From Bryobacterales bacterium (lineage in GTDB: Bacteria; Acidobacteriota; Terriglobia; Bryobacterales; UBA6623): a stretch of DNA of 64,000 nucleotides. Within the stretch, counting starts at the first letter, position 1, and the number at the start of each line of letters is the position of its first letter. Shown in pieces: positions 9,385-18,647 of the stretch. Location: positions 4,169,844-4,233,843 of the forward strand of contig OZ241376.1 of assembly GCA_965200705.1 (NCBI GenBank), given 5' to 3'. Made by a program: the position numbers and the translations under genes. The notes beneath the pieces are model-generated. The model made no database searches. It was not told where the DNA came from and saw only the letters and a program-made list of their open reading frames with translations.

Positions 9385-10002
9385 CTAGGAAACTGGGGCC
9401 CGGGATCTGATGAAGTCGAAGACTTCGGCGCTGAAGTAGCTGGGAGGACTCACACGGAACACGGGCTTGAGCTTCAGCTGATCCGTATCGAACCCCTGCC
9501 ACGCTGGGAGGCGACGGCTGGACGGCGGCAGGACGAATGCGTTGGCCTTGGGGGCAAGGAGCTTGGTGCTGGTCTTGCAATCGTCCTCGTCGTACTGCAA
9601 CACGGCTAGGTAGAGATCAGGCTTCCAGTGCTGGACGATGCTATTCGACTCGAACACGACTCCGCGCCGACCAGCGAGGCGCTCCCGAAGCGCAGGCAGG
9701 GCCACGCCCAGCTGGCCCATCGCCACACGCACCCATAGGGCCTCCGCGGCTCCCGCTTCGAGCATCCGTGCGGTGTCACTGCCTGGCCGCGATCCGTCCT
9801 CGAGGCTGATCTGAAAAGGGCAGTTCGGAGAGGTGATGGCGCAGGCGCAGGGCTCCCCGTTGTGGGAACAGATGCCGTGTCCGAACTGAGTGACCTTGAC
9901 GGCCGTCCATTCCATCTCCGGCAACGCCGAAATGATGGACACGGCGAGGCTCGTCTTGCCCACGCTTCGGCTGTTGCCGCCTATCGCAACAGTAGTCATC
10001 AT
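9385..10002 (-). CDS. Hypothetical P-loop NTPase (MobB-like N-terminus) with a C-x6-C-x-C-x6-C cluster
   Basis: MMTTVAIGGNSRSVGKTSLAVSIISAL is a beta strand plus a GKT/S loop. It is followed by GICSHNGEPCACAITSPNC. The frame is clean and there is no competing ORF. Confidence 0.6.
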   Translation of the reverse strand: MMTTVAIGGNSRSVGKTSLAVSIISALPEMEWTAVKVTQFGHGICSHNGEPCACAITSPNCPFQISLEDGSRPGSDTARMLEAGAAEALWVRVAMGQLGVALPALRERLAGRRGVVFESNSIVQHWKPDLYLAVLQYDEDDCKTSTKLLAPKANAFVLPPSSRRLPAWQGFDTDQLKLKPVFRVSPPSYFSAEVFDFIRSRAPVS

Positions 10003-10193
10003 TCCGCGACGGTGTCCGCTTTCGCGAAGTCAGCAGGCCAATCGCACCATTCGATACTAATCCTACCGAGGGTCGGCACTTGCCTAGCCCGTTTTCTCGA
10101 AAGCAGCCGGATCACTGCCTTGCACGCTACGCCCGCCAAGTGGTCCTAGGAAGGCTCACTTCGTCTACAATCGCTACCGCAGGAGAGTTCCAG

Positions 10194-11201
10194 ATGACCC
10201 GATTTCTATTACTCGCCACCCTTTCCGTCTCGCTTTGCGGAGCACAGACACTCAAGATCCTGGTCGCTGGCCAGAACGACGAAACGGTCGCTGACTGGCA
10301 GTCGGCCTCCGACAAGGTCAAGCTCGTCCGTGTCACTTCCGACACTGTCAAGGGCGAGATCGCCGACGCGGATGCGTACATTGGCAACATCACCCCCGAG
10401 CTAGTCCAGGCGGGCAAGAAGCTTCGCTGGGTGCAGACCCTCAGCGCCGGTGTCGAGCAGGTGCTCCACAAGACCGGCTCGGATGCGCTTGCGAACAGCG
10501 ACATCGTCCTTACGAACAACCAGATTGTCCAAGGGCCCGAGATTGCGGACCACGCCATGGCGCTATTGCTGACGCTCACACGATTCCTGCCGACCTACAT
10601 GCAGCGACAGGCAGAAGAGAACTGGCAGGGACGTCCCTACACACTGCTGGAGCTGAACGGAAAGCGCGCCGTGGTGATCGGCATGGGCGGCATCGGCCTG
10701 CAGATCGCCATTCGCGCCTGGGCGCACGGCATGACGGTCGTTGGTGTTGACCCCGAGGACATCGCGTACCTCCCGTATGTGGAGAAGATCGTCAAGCCCG
10801 ACATGCTGGACGAAGTCATTGGGGAGGCAGACGTCATCTTCATGGCCGCACCGCACACTCCCAAGAGCCACAGGATGATGGGCCCTAGCCAGTTCGACTC
10901 CATGAAGCAAGACTCCTACTTCATCGCCGTGAGCCGCGGGGGCACGTATGACCTTGGATCCCTTGTGAAGGCCCTGGATTCCAAGAGGCTGGCGGGAGCG
11001 GGCGTCGACGTGACCGATCCAGAGCCGCTGCCAAAGGGGCATCCGCTCTGGAAGATGGACAACGTGATCATCACACCCCACATTGCGGGCAGATCCGACA
11101 TGGACCGTGGGCGCATGCTGGGCATCGTCAAGAGCAACATCCAGCGCTTCGCGGACGGCATGCCGCTAAACAACGTCGTGGACAAGTCGAAGGGATACTA
11201 G
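10194..11201 (+). CDS. D-isomer-specific 2-hydroxyacid dehydrogenase family protein with an N-terminal signal-peptide-like extension
   Basis: ORF 10080..11201. ATG 10194 is preceded by AGGAGA at 10181-10186. MTRFLLLATLSVSLCGAQT precedes the usual KILVAG start. NAD fold GMGGIGLQIA, and C-terminal ITPHIAGRS. Confidence 0.8.
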   Translation: MTRFLLLATLSVSLCGAQTLKILVAGQNDETVADWQSASDKVKLVRVTSDTVKGEIADADAYIGNITPELVQAGKKLRWVQTLSAGVEQVLHKTGSDALANSDIVLTNNQIVQGPEIADHAMALLLTLTRFLPTYMQRQAEENWQGRPYTLLELNGKRAVVIGMGGIGLQIAIRAWAHGMTVVGVDPEDIAYLPYVEKIVKPDMLDEVIGEADVIFMAAPHTPKSHRMMGPSQFDSMKQDSYFIAVSRGGTYDLGSLVKALDSKRLAGAGVDVTDPEPLPKGHPLWKMDNVIITPHIAGRSDMDRGRMLGIVKSNIQRFADGMPLNNVVDKSKGY

Positions 11202-11202
11202 C

Positions 11203-12606
11203 GTGCACCGCCCAGTGGGCCCCTTCAGGGCCGCTGCACTGTTGGCCGCCGCTTTTCTGGGGGCGGCCATGCTCGTGGCTGCGCTGTCATGCACGGCTGG
11301 GGATGGGGTGCAGAGCGCGTCCTCTCTCCCGAACATCGTCCTGATCATCTCCGACGACCACGGCTGGACCGATTACGGCTTCATGGGGCATCCGCATGTG
11401 CGGACTCCCCGGCTTGACGAACTGGCGTCACAGTCCATGGTGTTCACCCGCGGCTACGTTCCTACCGCGCTTTGCCGACCGAGCCTGGCCACACTTGCGA
11501 CCGGCCTCTATCCGCATCAGCACGGCATCACCGGCAACGATCCGCCTGGCGCGACCCGCCAAGAGCTGCGCAACCTCGCCAAACGGGCTGCGATGGAGGC
11601 GGTGTTCGCACGCAACGAGAACGTCATGAGGATGCTGGGCGATGTCGGGTACGTGAGCCATCAGTCTGGCAAGTGGTGGGAGGGCAACCCTCTCGACCAC
11701 GGTTTTGCGGGTGCCATGACGCATGGCGATGTAACGCGGCGGGGACGACATGGCGACGAAGGTCTCGTGATCGGAAGGGAGGGCATGGACCCGATATTTG
11801 GCTTCATCGATGCTGCGCAGGGCACTGAGGAGGCGCCTTCCAAACCGTTCTTCATCTGGTATGCGCCGTTCATACCGCACACGCCGCACACTCCACCGGA
11901 GCGGTTGGCGAAACCGTATCTGGAGCAGGGACATCCAGAGCGAATTGCGAACTACTACGCGATGGTGGAGTGGCTCGACGAGACGGTTGGCGAGCTGCGC
12001 GACTTTCTGACGGACAGGGGCTTGGCCGAAAACACCATGATCCTGTACGTCGCCGACAACGGCTGGATCCAGGCGACGAATTCCGACGACCAGCCCGTGA
12101 CGCCGGGAAAGATGTCGCCCTACGACATGGGGATTCGGTCTCCGGTCATGGTGCACTGGCCAGGCCACGTAACTTCTGGCAGGGACGACGAGACGCTGGT
12201 CGGAAGCATCGACTTCGTTCCTACGATCCTCCGTGCGGCCGGTGTCGACATACCTGCGACCTTGCCCGGTCTGGACTTGCTTGACCATCAAGCGCTTGCG
12301 TCGAGGGATCGGATCTTCGGCGAGTCGTTTGCCCATACGAGCGTGGATCTCGAAGAGCCCGTCGCCAATCTGAAGTACCGGTCGCTAGTGCGCAGTGATG
12401 GGTGGAAGCTGATTCTGCCGTATAGGCCCAACGAGGCCGTCATCTACACCAACAGGGGGAACATCGCGCCTTGGATGCAGCTCGATCCGGAACTCTACAA
12501 CTTGGTCGAGGATCCGTTCGAGAAGCAGAATGTGGCGGCGGACAACCCAGACGTGGTGCAGGATCTACACGCATCGCTGCAGGAGTGGTGGAGCGTGCCG
12601 GAGTAG
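11203..12606 (+). CDS. Sulfatase-family protein with a non-canonical active-site motif (C-R-P-S-L)
   Basis: GTG start 2 nt after the preceding stop. Signal-like N-terminus, PNIVLIISDDHGWTDYGF, then ALCRPSLATLATG where C-x-P-x-R is expected. VADNGW follows later. Confidence 0.8.
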   Translation: MHRPVGPFRAAALLAAAFLGAAMLVAALSCTAGDGVQSASSLPNIVLIISDDHGWTDYGFMGHPHVRTPRLDELASQSMVFTRGYVPTALCRPSLATLATGLYPHQHGITGNDPPGATRQELRNLAKRAAMEAVFARNENVMRMLGDVGYVSHQSGKWWEGNPLDHGFAGAMTHGDVTRRGRHGDEGLVIGREGMDPIFGFIDAAQGTEEAPSKPFFIWYAPFIPHTPHTPPERLAKPYLEQGHPERIANYYAMVEWLDETVGELRDFLTDRGLAENTMILYVADNGWIQATNSDDQPVTPGKMSPYDMGIRSPVMVHWPGHVTSGRDDETLVGSIDFVPTILRAAGVDIPATLPGLDLLDHQALASRDRIFGESFAHTSVDLEEPVANLKYRSLVRSDGWKLILPYRPNEAVIYTNRGNIAPWMQLDPELYNLVEDPFEKQNVAADNPDVVQDLHASLQEWWSVPE

Positions 12607-12730
12607 GGACTACGGCGGTCAACCGCCCGATCCTCCAAACTTTGCCGCTGCCGTCTCCATCGCCCGAACGGTCGCACAGCGGGTTCAACGCCAGAGTCGT
12701 CTGGTAGTTCAAAAAGAGGAAGGGCCTTCT

Positions 12731-12782
12731 GATCGAGGTCAGAATCTCTGGCTGATCGGGCTGACCGAGAAGGACCTCGATC
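12731..12782. terminator. 10-bp perfect inverted repeat between convergent genes, a possible bidirectional terminator
   Basis: gatcgaggtc (12731-12740) and gacctcgatc (12773-12782) are separated by 32 nt. The site lies between the sulfatase stop (12606) and the Nramp stop (12882). Confidence 0.3.
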
Positions 12783-12881
12783 CTGTCATCGACTAGCCTG
12801 GCCATCTGACGCCGTCGACGTCAATAGCGAAGCGACCTCAACCTTTTGCGACTCTTCAAGGTGGGTGGGCTCGGACGACCC

Positions 12882-14201
12882 TTACAGAGTCAGGATGGCC
12901 CGGGCACCGACGCCGACGATAGCTAGGATGCTCGTCCATAGCAGGATGTCGTATGCCTTCGAAGGCTTCAGCTCGACCGGAAGCCGGCGGTAGCGGAACT
13001 GCTGTGCTGCGTAGGCAACAAGAAGCATGAGGGCCGCGATCATCACACCGCCGATCGTGACCATGATCACGGGCGCCTGCACATAGAGGTACAGGATCGT
13101 CCACAGGGCAGGCAGGATCCAAGCGAGCGCTGCGAACCAGCGCTTCCTTGCTTGGTCGTCGCTATAGGACAGGAATCCGAGCTGTGCGAATGCATCCGTG
13201 AACATCCTCGTGCTCGATGCGCAGGCGATGAACAGGCTGGAGAACAGAGTCGACACCGCGCCGGTCAGGAACAGCCCCTTCGCTCCGGGACCGAGCGTCT
13301 CCGTGTAGATGCTCGAGAGGGTCGCGATGATCTCCGGCCCCTCCAGCACACTGCCTCGCTGATGCAGGATCGACGCGCCTAGCAAGTAGAACGCGGCTGT
13401 CGTCGTGGTGTAGATCAGCATCGACACAAAGGCGTCCAGGTACATCACACGGATCCAGCCTCGGGCGCGTCTGGCCCACTCTGCCGATTCGGTCCGCTTG
13501 CCTGTGAATGAGGCGTAGCCCTTTTCGATACACCAATAGGGGTAGGTGATGATCTCGTCCGCGCTGACCCCAGTCAGTCCGAACGCTGCTAGCGCCACAC
13601 CGACGGCCGACACCGGCAGGTCGAACGCCAGTCCTTCCGCGATCATCGAGCCGTCGATTCGGTATGGCGTCCACTGCAGCAGTGCGGCGCACGCCAATGT
13701 GACGAGCGAGAACGTGGCGGTGAGGCCGATCGCTGTCCGTTCGATGAACCGGTAGCCACCGCGCCAGACCATCAAGGACGCCGCGAGGCCGCAGGCACAC
13801 GCCCAGATCGACGCAGAGGCCCATGGGAAGGCGATGTTCAGGGCGAGCGCCACGCCGCCGACCATGCCGCCGTACTGGATCAGCTGGATCAGCTTGACCC
13901 CGAGCCAGACAATCACGATCCCGGAGGCCTTGCCCCATCGAGGGCTTGGCAGCTTGTTGAACGCGAGGAGCGTCGTTTCGCCCGATGCGATCGCGTGCTT
14001 GCCGAACTCCAGCTGGACGACGACCTTGACGGCGCAGCTGACCAGGATGACCCACAGGGCGACGAACCCTGCCGACGCGCCTAGGGCGGTCGTCATGATC
14101 AGTTCTCCGGAGCCAACGATGTTTGCGGTGACGATCAGCGAGGGCCCGATTCTCTTCAGGGAGCCGAAGAATGTGGCCGGAGGTTCGTGTACTGTCCTCA
14201 A
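12882..14201 (-). CDS. Nramp-family divalent metal cation transporter
   Basis: FFGSLKRIGPSLIVTANIVGSGELIMTTALGASAGFVALWVIL, with about 11 hydrophobic segments throughout. Confidence 0.8.
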   Translation of the reverse strand: MRTVHEPPATFFGSLKRIGPSLIVTANIVGSGELIMTTALGASAGFVALWVILVSCAVKVVVQLEFGKHAIASGETTLLAFNKLPSPRWGKASGIVIVWLGVKLIQLIQYGGMVGGVALALNIAFPWASASIWACACGLAASLMVWRGGYRFIERTAIGLTATFSLVTLACAALLQWTPYRIDGSMIAEGLAFDLPVSAVGVALAAFGLTGVSADEIITYPYWCIEKGYASFTGKRTESAEWARRARGWIRVMYLDAFVSMLIYTTTTAAFYLLGASILHQRGSVLEGPEIIATLSSIYTETLGPGAKGLFLTGAVSTLFSSLFIACASSTRMFTDAFAQLGFLSYSDDQARKRWFAALAWILPALWTILYLYVQAPVIMVTIGGVMIAALMLLVAYAAQQFRYRRLPVELKPSKAYDILLWTSILAIVGVGARAILTL

Positions 14202-14258
14202 TTTGATCTCCTCTGGAAGTGTGCTGAGGAGCGAGACCCTGCCAGTCCCCAGCTGGAA

Positions 14259-15956
14259 TCACCGTGCCTCAGAAGATCGCTCCTCGGGCTGGCGGATGAC
14301 CACGGTCGGTCCGGAGCGAGCGGTGACCGTCTGCGTTGAGCCGTCGGGCCAACGGACCTCGACTGTGATTTCACCCAGATGGTCTCCGACCCCGAAATGC
14401 AGGTCCTTCGCGCTGGCGGACAAATAGCTGCCCTGGCTCCCGGCGAACGCCTGCTGAACGAGACCTCCCGCTGTCAGTGTGACCGTTGCTCCAACGGCGT
14501 CGCGGTTGTTGCCGTGCCCGACCAGTCGAACTCGAATGGCCCGCCCGCCCTTGGTCGTGTTGTGGAGCAGGAGGGCAGGACCGTCGTTCAGACTGACCAC
14601 GACATCCACCCGACCGTCTTCGTCTAGGTCCCCGAACGCGACACCGCGGGCGGCGAACCGCTCCTCGAAAGCGGGACCAGCGCCCCTCCCAACGTCGAAA
14701 AACATTCCGTGCAGGTTGCGTGCCAAGAGAAGTGGTTCTTCATGGTGCAAGGCGTCGTCGGAATCCTGAATGTCGTCCATCACGTGTCCTTGGCCAACGA
14801 ACAGGTCGCGCCATCCGTCTCCATCGAAGTCGACCAGCCCCATCCCCCAGCCAGAGCGGATCGCTGAGAGGGCGGCGATGCCACTGCGCGCAGACGAGGG
14901 TTCGAAGCGGTCTTCCACGCGTCGGTACAGCCAGTAGCCCTGCCTGCCAAGGGCGTTGACAAGCAGGTCGGAGGCGCCGTCGCGATCGTAGTCCGCCCAG
15001 ACCACGCCCATGCCGGCGTAGTCCTGGCCCTCAGCGTCGTGCGCTGCCCCAGACCGCACGCCGATTTCTTCGAACCGGCTTCCTCGGACGTTTCGGAAGA
15101 CCTGTTGCGGGTAACTGTCGTTGGCCACGACTACGTCGACCCAACCGTCATCGTCGTAGTCTCCCAGTGCCACACCCAGCCCCTTGCCGTGGTGGTCATC
15201 CAGTCCGACGTCCTGTGAGATGTCCTCGAATCCTCCGTCACCCAGATTGCGGTAGAGGGTGTGTCGGGCTTCGCCGAACACCCTGGGATGGCAGTAGGAG
15301 CGTCGCTCTGGCGCGAAGGGGCCGCAGGCTCGGGTTTCGCTCAATGACCAGTTGAGGTAGCTGGCCACGAACAGGTCGAGCCGACCGTCGCCGTCGAAAT
15401 CGAAGAACGCCGCGCCACTTGACCAGCCCGAGCCTTCGATCCCAGCTTGCGCCGTGACATCGCTGAAGGTCCCGTCCCCTTCGTTGCGATAGAGGATGTC
15501 ACGACCGACGTTGGAGACGAACATGTCGGTGTCACCGTCCGCGTCGTAGTCACCCACCGCCACGCCCATGCCGTAGCCACGCCCCTGCAGACCGGCAGCA
15601 GACGTGACGTCTTCGAACTCCATGCTGCCTTGGTTCCGGTACAGGCGGTTCCAGTAGCGTGGTTCTGCCTTCGCCTCGATACTCTCGCTTCCGTTGCCGT
15701 CAAGGCGGCACCCATTCACGAAGAAAATATCCAGTCGGCCGTCTGAGTCGAAGTCCAGCATCGCCACGCCCGCTCCCATCGTCTCGGGCAGGTACTTCAT
15801 TGGCGTCTTGGATGCGAAATGCCGGAACGTGACACCTGCTTGGCTGGCTACTTCGGCGAACGTGATGTCGAGCTGCCCCTGAGCTGCCGGGGCAAGAGAG
15901 GGTAGTACAGTGGCGACGAGGACTGCACTCAACCGGCTTGGGCGCAGCAACCGCAA
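14259..15956 (-). CDS. Secreted FG-GAP/VCBS-repeat protein with C-terminal ASPIC/UnbV domain (CRTAC1-like)
   Basis: Signal peptide MRLLRPSRLSAVLVATVLPSLAPAAQG. Repeated D-x-D-x-DG-x-x-D(I/L)FV units (DFDSDGRLDIFFVN, DYDADGDTDMFVSN, DFDGDGRLDLFVAS, DYDDDGWVDVVVAN, DYDRDGASDLLVN). UnbV-like tail ...GSYLSASAKDLHFGVG. Confidence 0.85.
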   Translation of the reverse strand: MRLLRPSRLSAVLVATVLPSLAPAAQGQLDITFAEVASQAGVTFRHFASKTPMKYLPETMGAGVAMLDFDSDGRLDIFFVNGCRLDGNGSESIEAKAEPRYWNRLYRNQGSMEFEDVTSAAGLQGRGYGMGVAVGDYDADGDTDMFVSNVGRDILYRNEGDGTFSDVTAQAGIEGSGWSSGAAFFDFDGDGRLDLFVASYLNWSLSETRACGPFAPERRSYCHPRVFGEARHTLYRNLGDGGFEDISQDVGLDDHHGKGLGVALGDYDDDGWVDVVVANDSYPQQVFRNVRGSRFEEIGVRSGAAHDAEGQDYAGMGVVWADYDRDGASDLLVNALGRQGYWLYRRVEDRFEPSSARSGIAALSAIRSGWGMGLVDFDGDGWRDLFVGQGHVMDDIQDSDDALHHEEPLLLARNLHGMFFDVGRGAGPAFEERFAARGVAFGDLDEDGRVDVVVSLNDGPALLLHNTTKGGRAIRVRLVGHGNNRDAVGATVTLTAGGLVQQAFAGSQGSYLSASAKDLHFGVGDHLGEITVEVRWPDGSTQTVTARSGPTVVIRQPEERSSEAR

Positions 15957-15961
15957 ACTGT

Positions 15962-15976
15962 GAGTCTACGAGACTC
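15962..15976. promoter_or_regulatory. 15-bp perfect palindrome GAGTCT-ACG-AGACTC in the 75-bp divergent region upstream of modA
   Basis: Read directly from the sequence. It lies between the FG-GAP gene start (15956, minus) and the modA ATG (16032). Confidence 0.3.
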
Positions 15977-16031
15977 CCCTGAATGGCGCTTGGCCCAACC
16001 GAGGCTGTCGAAAACTGGGCGATTTCAACGG

Positions 16032-16805
16032 ATGGCAGCCCACACGGGATGGCTTCGGGCCATAGCAGCCAGGATTCTGACCCTAGCGCTGCTTGCCTGG
16101 CCTTCGGGCGCTTCGCTCCACGCGGGGCAGACTCGCGTCGCGGTCGCAGCGAACTTTCGCGGACCCGCAGAGGAGATAGCCCGCGCCTTCGCCGCGGAGA
16201 CGGCTGAGCGGGTCGTGTTCAGCTTTGGCTCGACCGGAAACCTCTACGCCCAGATCTCGCAGGGCGCTCCTTTCGACGTGTTGCTTTCCGCGGACCAGGA
16301 CCGGGCCAGGAAGGCGGTCGATTCAGGTCTTGCGGTGCAGGGAAGCCGGTTCACCTACGCGATCGGGCGCTTGGCCCTGTATAGCTCGGATGGAACTCTT
16401 GTCACCGGGCCGAGGACGCTCTCGACGACACGATTCGCGAAGCTCGCAATCGCGCAGCCGGCTAGTGCGCCATATGGGTCCGCAGCAATTGAGACGATGC
16501 GACGCCTGGGTGTTCTCGACAGGCTCAACGAAAGGCTGGTGCGAGGTCTGAACGTCGCACAGGCGTTTCAGTTCGTATACAGCGGCAGCGCAGAGCTGGG
16601 GTTTGTAGCTTTGTCGCAGGTCGTGAAGCGATCGGAGGGGTCCATGTGGGTTGTGCCTGAGAACTTGCACAGTCCGATCGCCCAAGATGCCGTCCTCCTC
16701 GAGACTGGCGCAAGCAACGTGGTTGCACGCGCGTTCCTGGACTTCCTCGGCGGCCCTCGCGCGGGCCGGATCATTGCCGAGTATGGCTACGGCCCGGGAT
16801 GGTGA
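16032..16805 (+). CDS. modA: Molybdate ABC transporter substrate-binding protein
   Basis: ORF 15960..16805, with ATG 16032 giving the signal peptide [31 protein letters not shown]. Then [19 protein letters not shown]...[26 protein letters not shown]. Followed by modB and modC. Confidence 0.85.
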   Translation: MAAHTGWLRAIAARILTLALLAWPSGASLHAGQTRVAVAANFRGPAEEIARAFAAETAERVVFSFGSTGNLYAQISQGAPFDVLLSADQDRARKAVDSGLAVQGSRFTYAIGRLALYSSDGTLVTGPRTLSTTRFAKLAIAQPASAPYGSAAIETMRRLGVLDRLNERLVRGLNVAQAFQFVYSGSAELGFVALSQVVKRSEGSMWVVPENLHSPIAQDAVLLETGASNVVARAFLDFLGGPRAGRIIAEYGYGPGW

Positions 16806-17496
16806 AGCGGAGGTGGCCGGACTCTCGGAACTCTGGCCGACCGTCAGCCTGACACTTCAGCTGGCGGCCTGCTCGACTCTATTCCTGCTCCTTCTGGGAA
16901 CCCCTCTGGCTTGGTGGCTGGCGCGCTCCAACAAGCCTTGGAAAGAGGCGTTGGCCGCTGTGGTGGCTCTGCCACTCGTGCTTCCACCGACCGTGCTCGG
17001 GTTCTACGTCCTGTTGGCTCTCGGTCCGGGTGGACCAGGTGGATGGGTTGCAGGTACCGCTGGTGCACGCACGCTGGCGTTCTCCTTCCAGGGCATCGTG
17101 ATTGGCTCTGTGCTCTATTCGCTTCCGTTCGTGGTACAGCCGATCCGCAGCGGGTTCGAGTCCGTCGGCAACCGTGTTCTTGAAGTCGCGGCCACTCTGG
17201 GAGCCACACCCTGGGATGCCTTCTGGACCGTTGCGGTGCCGCTTGCTAGGCCAGCGATTATCTCCGGAGCGGTCTTGGGCTTTGCGCACACGATCGGAGA
17301 GTTCGGAGTGGTCCTGATGATTGGCGGGAACATCCCAGGCGAAACCAAGGTGCTCTCGATCGCCATGTACGAGTACGTCGAGACCCTGCAGTGGACGCAG
17401 GCACACATCCTCGCCGCCGGCATGCTTGTGTTCTCGTTCGCAGTGATCCTTGCAACCATGCTCTTGCAGCGACGGCCTGCGCAGGAGGTCGATTGA
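16783..17496 (+). CDS. modB: Molybdate ABC transporter permease
   Basis: ORF 16651..17496. Start is ATG 16783 (overlapping the modA end) or GTG 16813. Permease with the EAA-like loop [28 protein letters not shown]. Confidence 0.8.
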   Translation: MATARDGEAEVAGLSELWPTVSLTLQLAACSTLFLLLLGTPLAWWLARSNKPWKEALAAVVALPLVLPPTVLGFYVLLALGPGGPGGWVAGTAGARTLAFSFQGIVIGSVLYSLPFVVQPIRSGFESVGNRVLEVAATLGATPWDAFWTVAVPLARPAIISGAVLGFAHTIGEFGVVLMIGGNIPGETKVLSIAMYEYVETLQWTQAHILAAGMLVFSFAVILATMLLQRRPAQEVD

Positions 17497-18647
17497 GCGC
17501 ACAAAGCGACAGTGTCGGCGTCCGGCTCTCTGGCACTCTCGGCGGGTTCACTCTTGATGTCGAGTTCGTGGTGCCGATGCGTGGGATCTCCGCGATCGTG
17601 GGACCGTCAGGGTGCGGCAAGACGACTCTGTTGCGGTGCCTCGCCGGGCTGCGACGCTTCGAGGGCCACGTCTCGGTCGGTGACGAGACGTGGCAGGACG
17701 ATGGCCGTGACGTCTTCCTGAAGCCTCACCAGAGATCCCTCGGGTATGTCTTCCAGGAAGCCAGCCTGTTTCCCCATATGTCGGTTCGCGAGAACCTTCT
17801 ATACGGTTTGCGGCGCAGACGACAAGCACGGGACATCGATGGCCCGGGGTTCGAGCGGGCCATCGACCTGCTCGGAATCCGAGGGCTCTTGGATCGACCG
17901 CCGAATGTTCTGTCGGGCGGCGAGAGACAGAGGGTGGCAGTTGGACGTGCGCTTCTGTCTCGCCCGAAGATCCTTCTGATGGACGAGCCCTTGGCGGGTC
18001 TTGACCAGCAAGCAAAGGGCGAGATTCTGCCGTACCTAGAGGCCCTGCATTCGACTCTCGAAGTCCCTATCGTCTACGTCAGCCACGACATGCGTGAGGT
18101 GGCCCGTCTTGCCGACACATTGGTCGTCATGGCGAACGGCCGGATTGCCTACTGCGGCCGCATGGATGCGGGTCTCGAACGGTTGGACCTAGAATTCGCG
18201 GGCGACCCTCACGAGGCTGGGGTGGTGCTGCGGTCACGAGTGTCGGGTCACGACAAACGTCTCCGCATGACGCGACTGGACCATCACGGCCAGGAGATCG
18301 TGATCCCAGCGGCGGACCTGGGCGTTGGGGACGAGGTTCGCCTGCGCATCCGGGCAGATGATGTCGCGCTTGCCACGGCAAGGCCAAAGGAAATCAGCGT
18401 GCGCAATATCCTCGCCGGCAGCGTCGAACGTGTTGTCGAGGCGGCCGGGACGGCGTTTGCCGACGTGCTCGTTGACATCGGCGGTGCCAGACTGCGTGCC
18501 CGCGTCACCCGGGATGCCGTCGAGGACCTGCGGCTAGCACAGGGCCAAGAAGTCTATGCGCTCGTGAAGAGCATCACCTTCGAGCGGCCGGCTCCCGCGG
18601 TGGAGTCGTCCGTCGACAGTGCTGACCCGAGCGGCGCTCGGGCCTAA
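17493..18647 (+). CDS. modC: Molybdate ABC transporter ATP-binding protein with C-terminal TOBE/Mop domain
   Basis: TTG 17493 overlaps the modB stop (ATTGA) and follows AGGAGG at 17483-17488. Walker [10 protein letters not shown], signature [15 protein letters not shown], Walker B LLMDEP. The C-terminal [15 protein letters not shown]...[13 protein letters not shown] segment is TOBE-like. Confidence 0.85.
   Translation: MSAQSDSVGVRLSGTLGGFTLDVEFVVPMRGISAIVGPSGCGKTTLLRCLAGLRRFEGHVSVGDETWQDDGRDVFLKPHQRSLGYVFQEASLFPHMSVRENLLYGLRRRRQARDIDGPGFERAIDLLGIRGLLDRPPNVLSGGERQRVAVGRALLSRPKILLMDEPLAGLDQQAKGEILPYLEALHSTLEVPIVYVSHDMREVARLADTLVVMANGRIAYCGRMDAGLERLDLEFAGDPHEAGVVLRSRVSGHDKRLRMTRLDHHGQEIVIPAADLGVGDEVRLRIRADDVALATARPKEISVRNILAGSVERVVEAAGTAFADVLVDIGGARLRARVTRDAVEDLRLAQGQEVYALVKSITFERPAPAVESSVDSADPSGARA

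Noticed and set aside
12440-12805. Possible small minus-strand gene (MARLVDDRIEVLLGQPDQPEIL...) in the sulfatase/Nramp gap
   Set aside because: The ORF would overlap 165 nt of the sulfatase 3' end in antisense. It has no RBS or recognisable motif and only moderate third-position GC.
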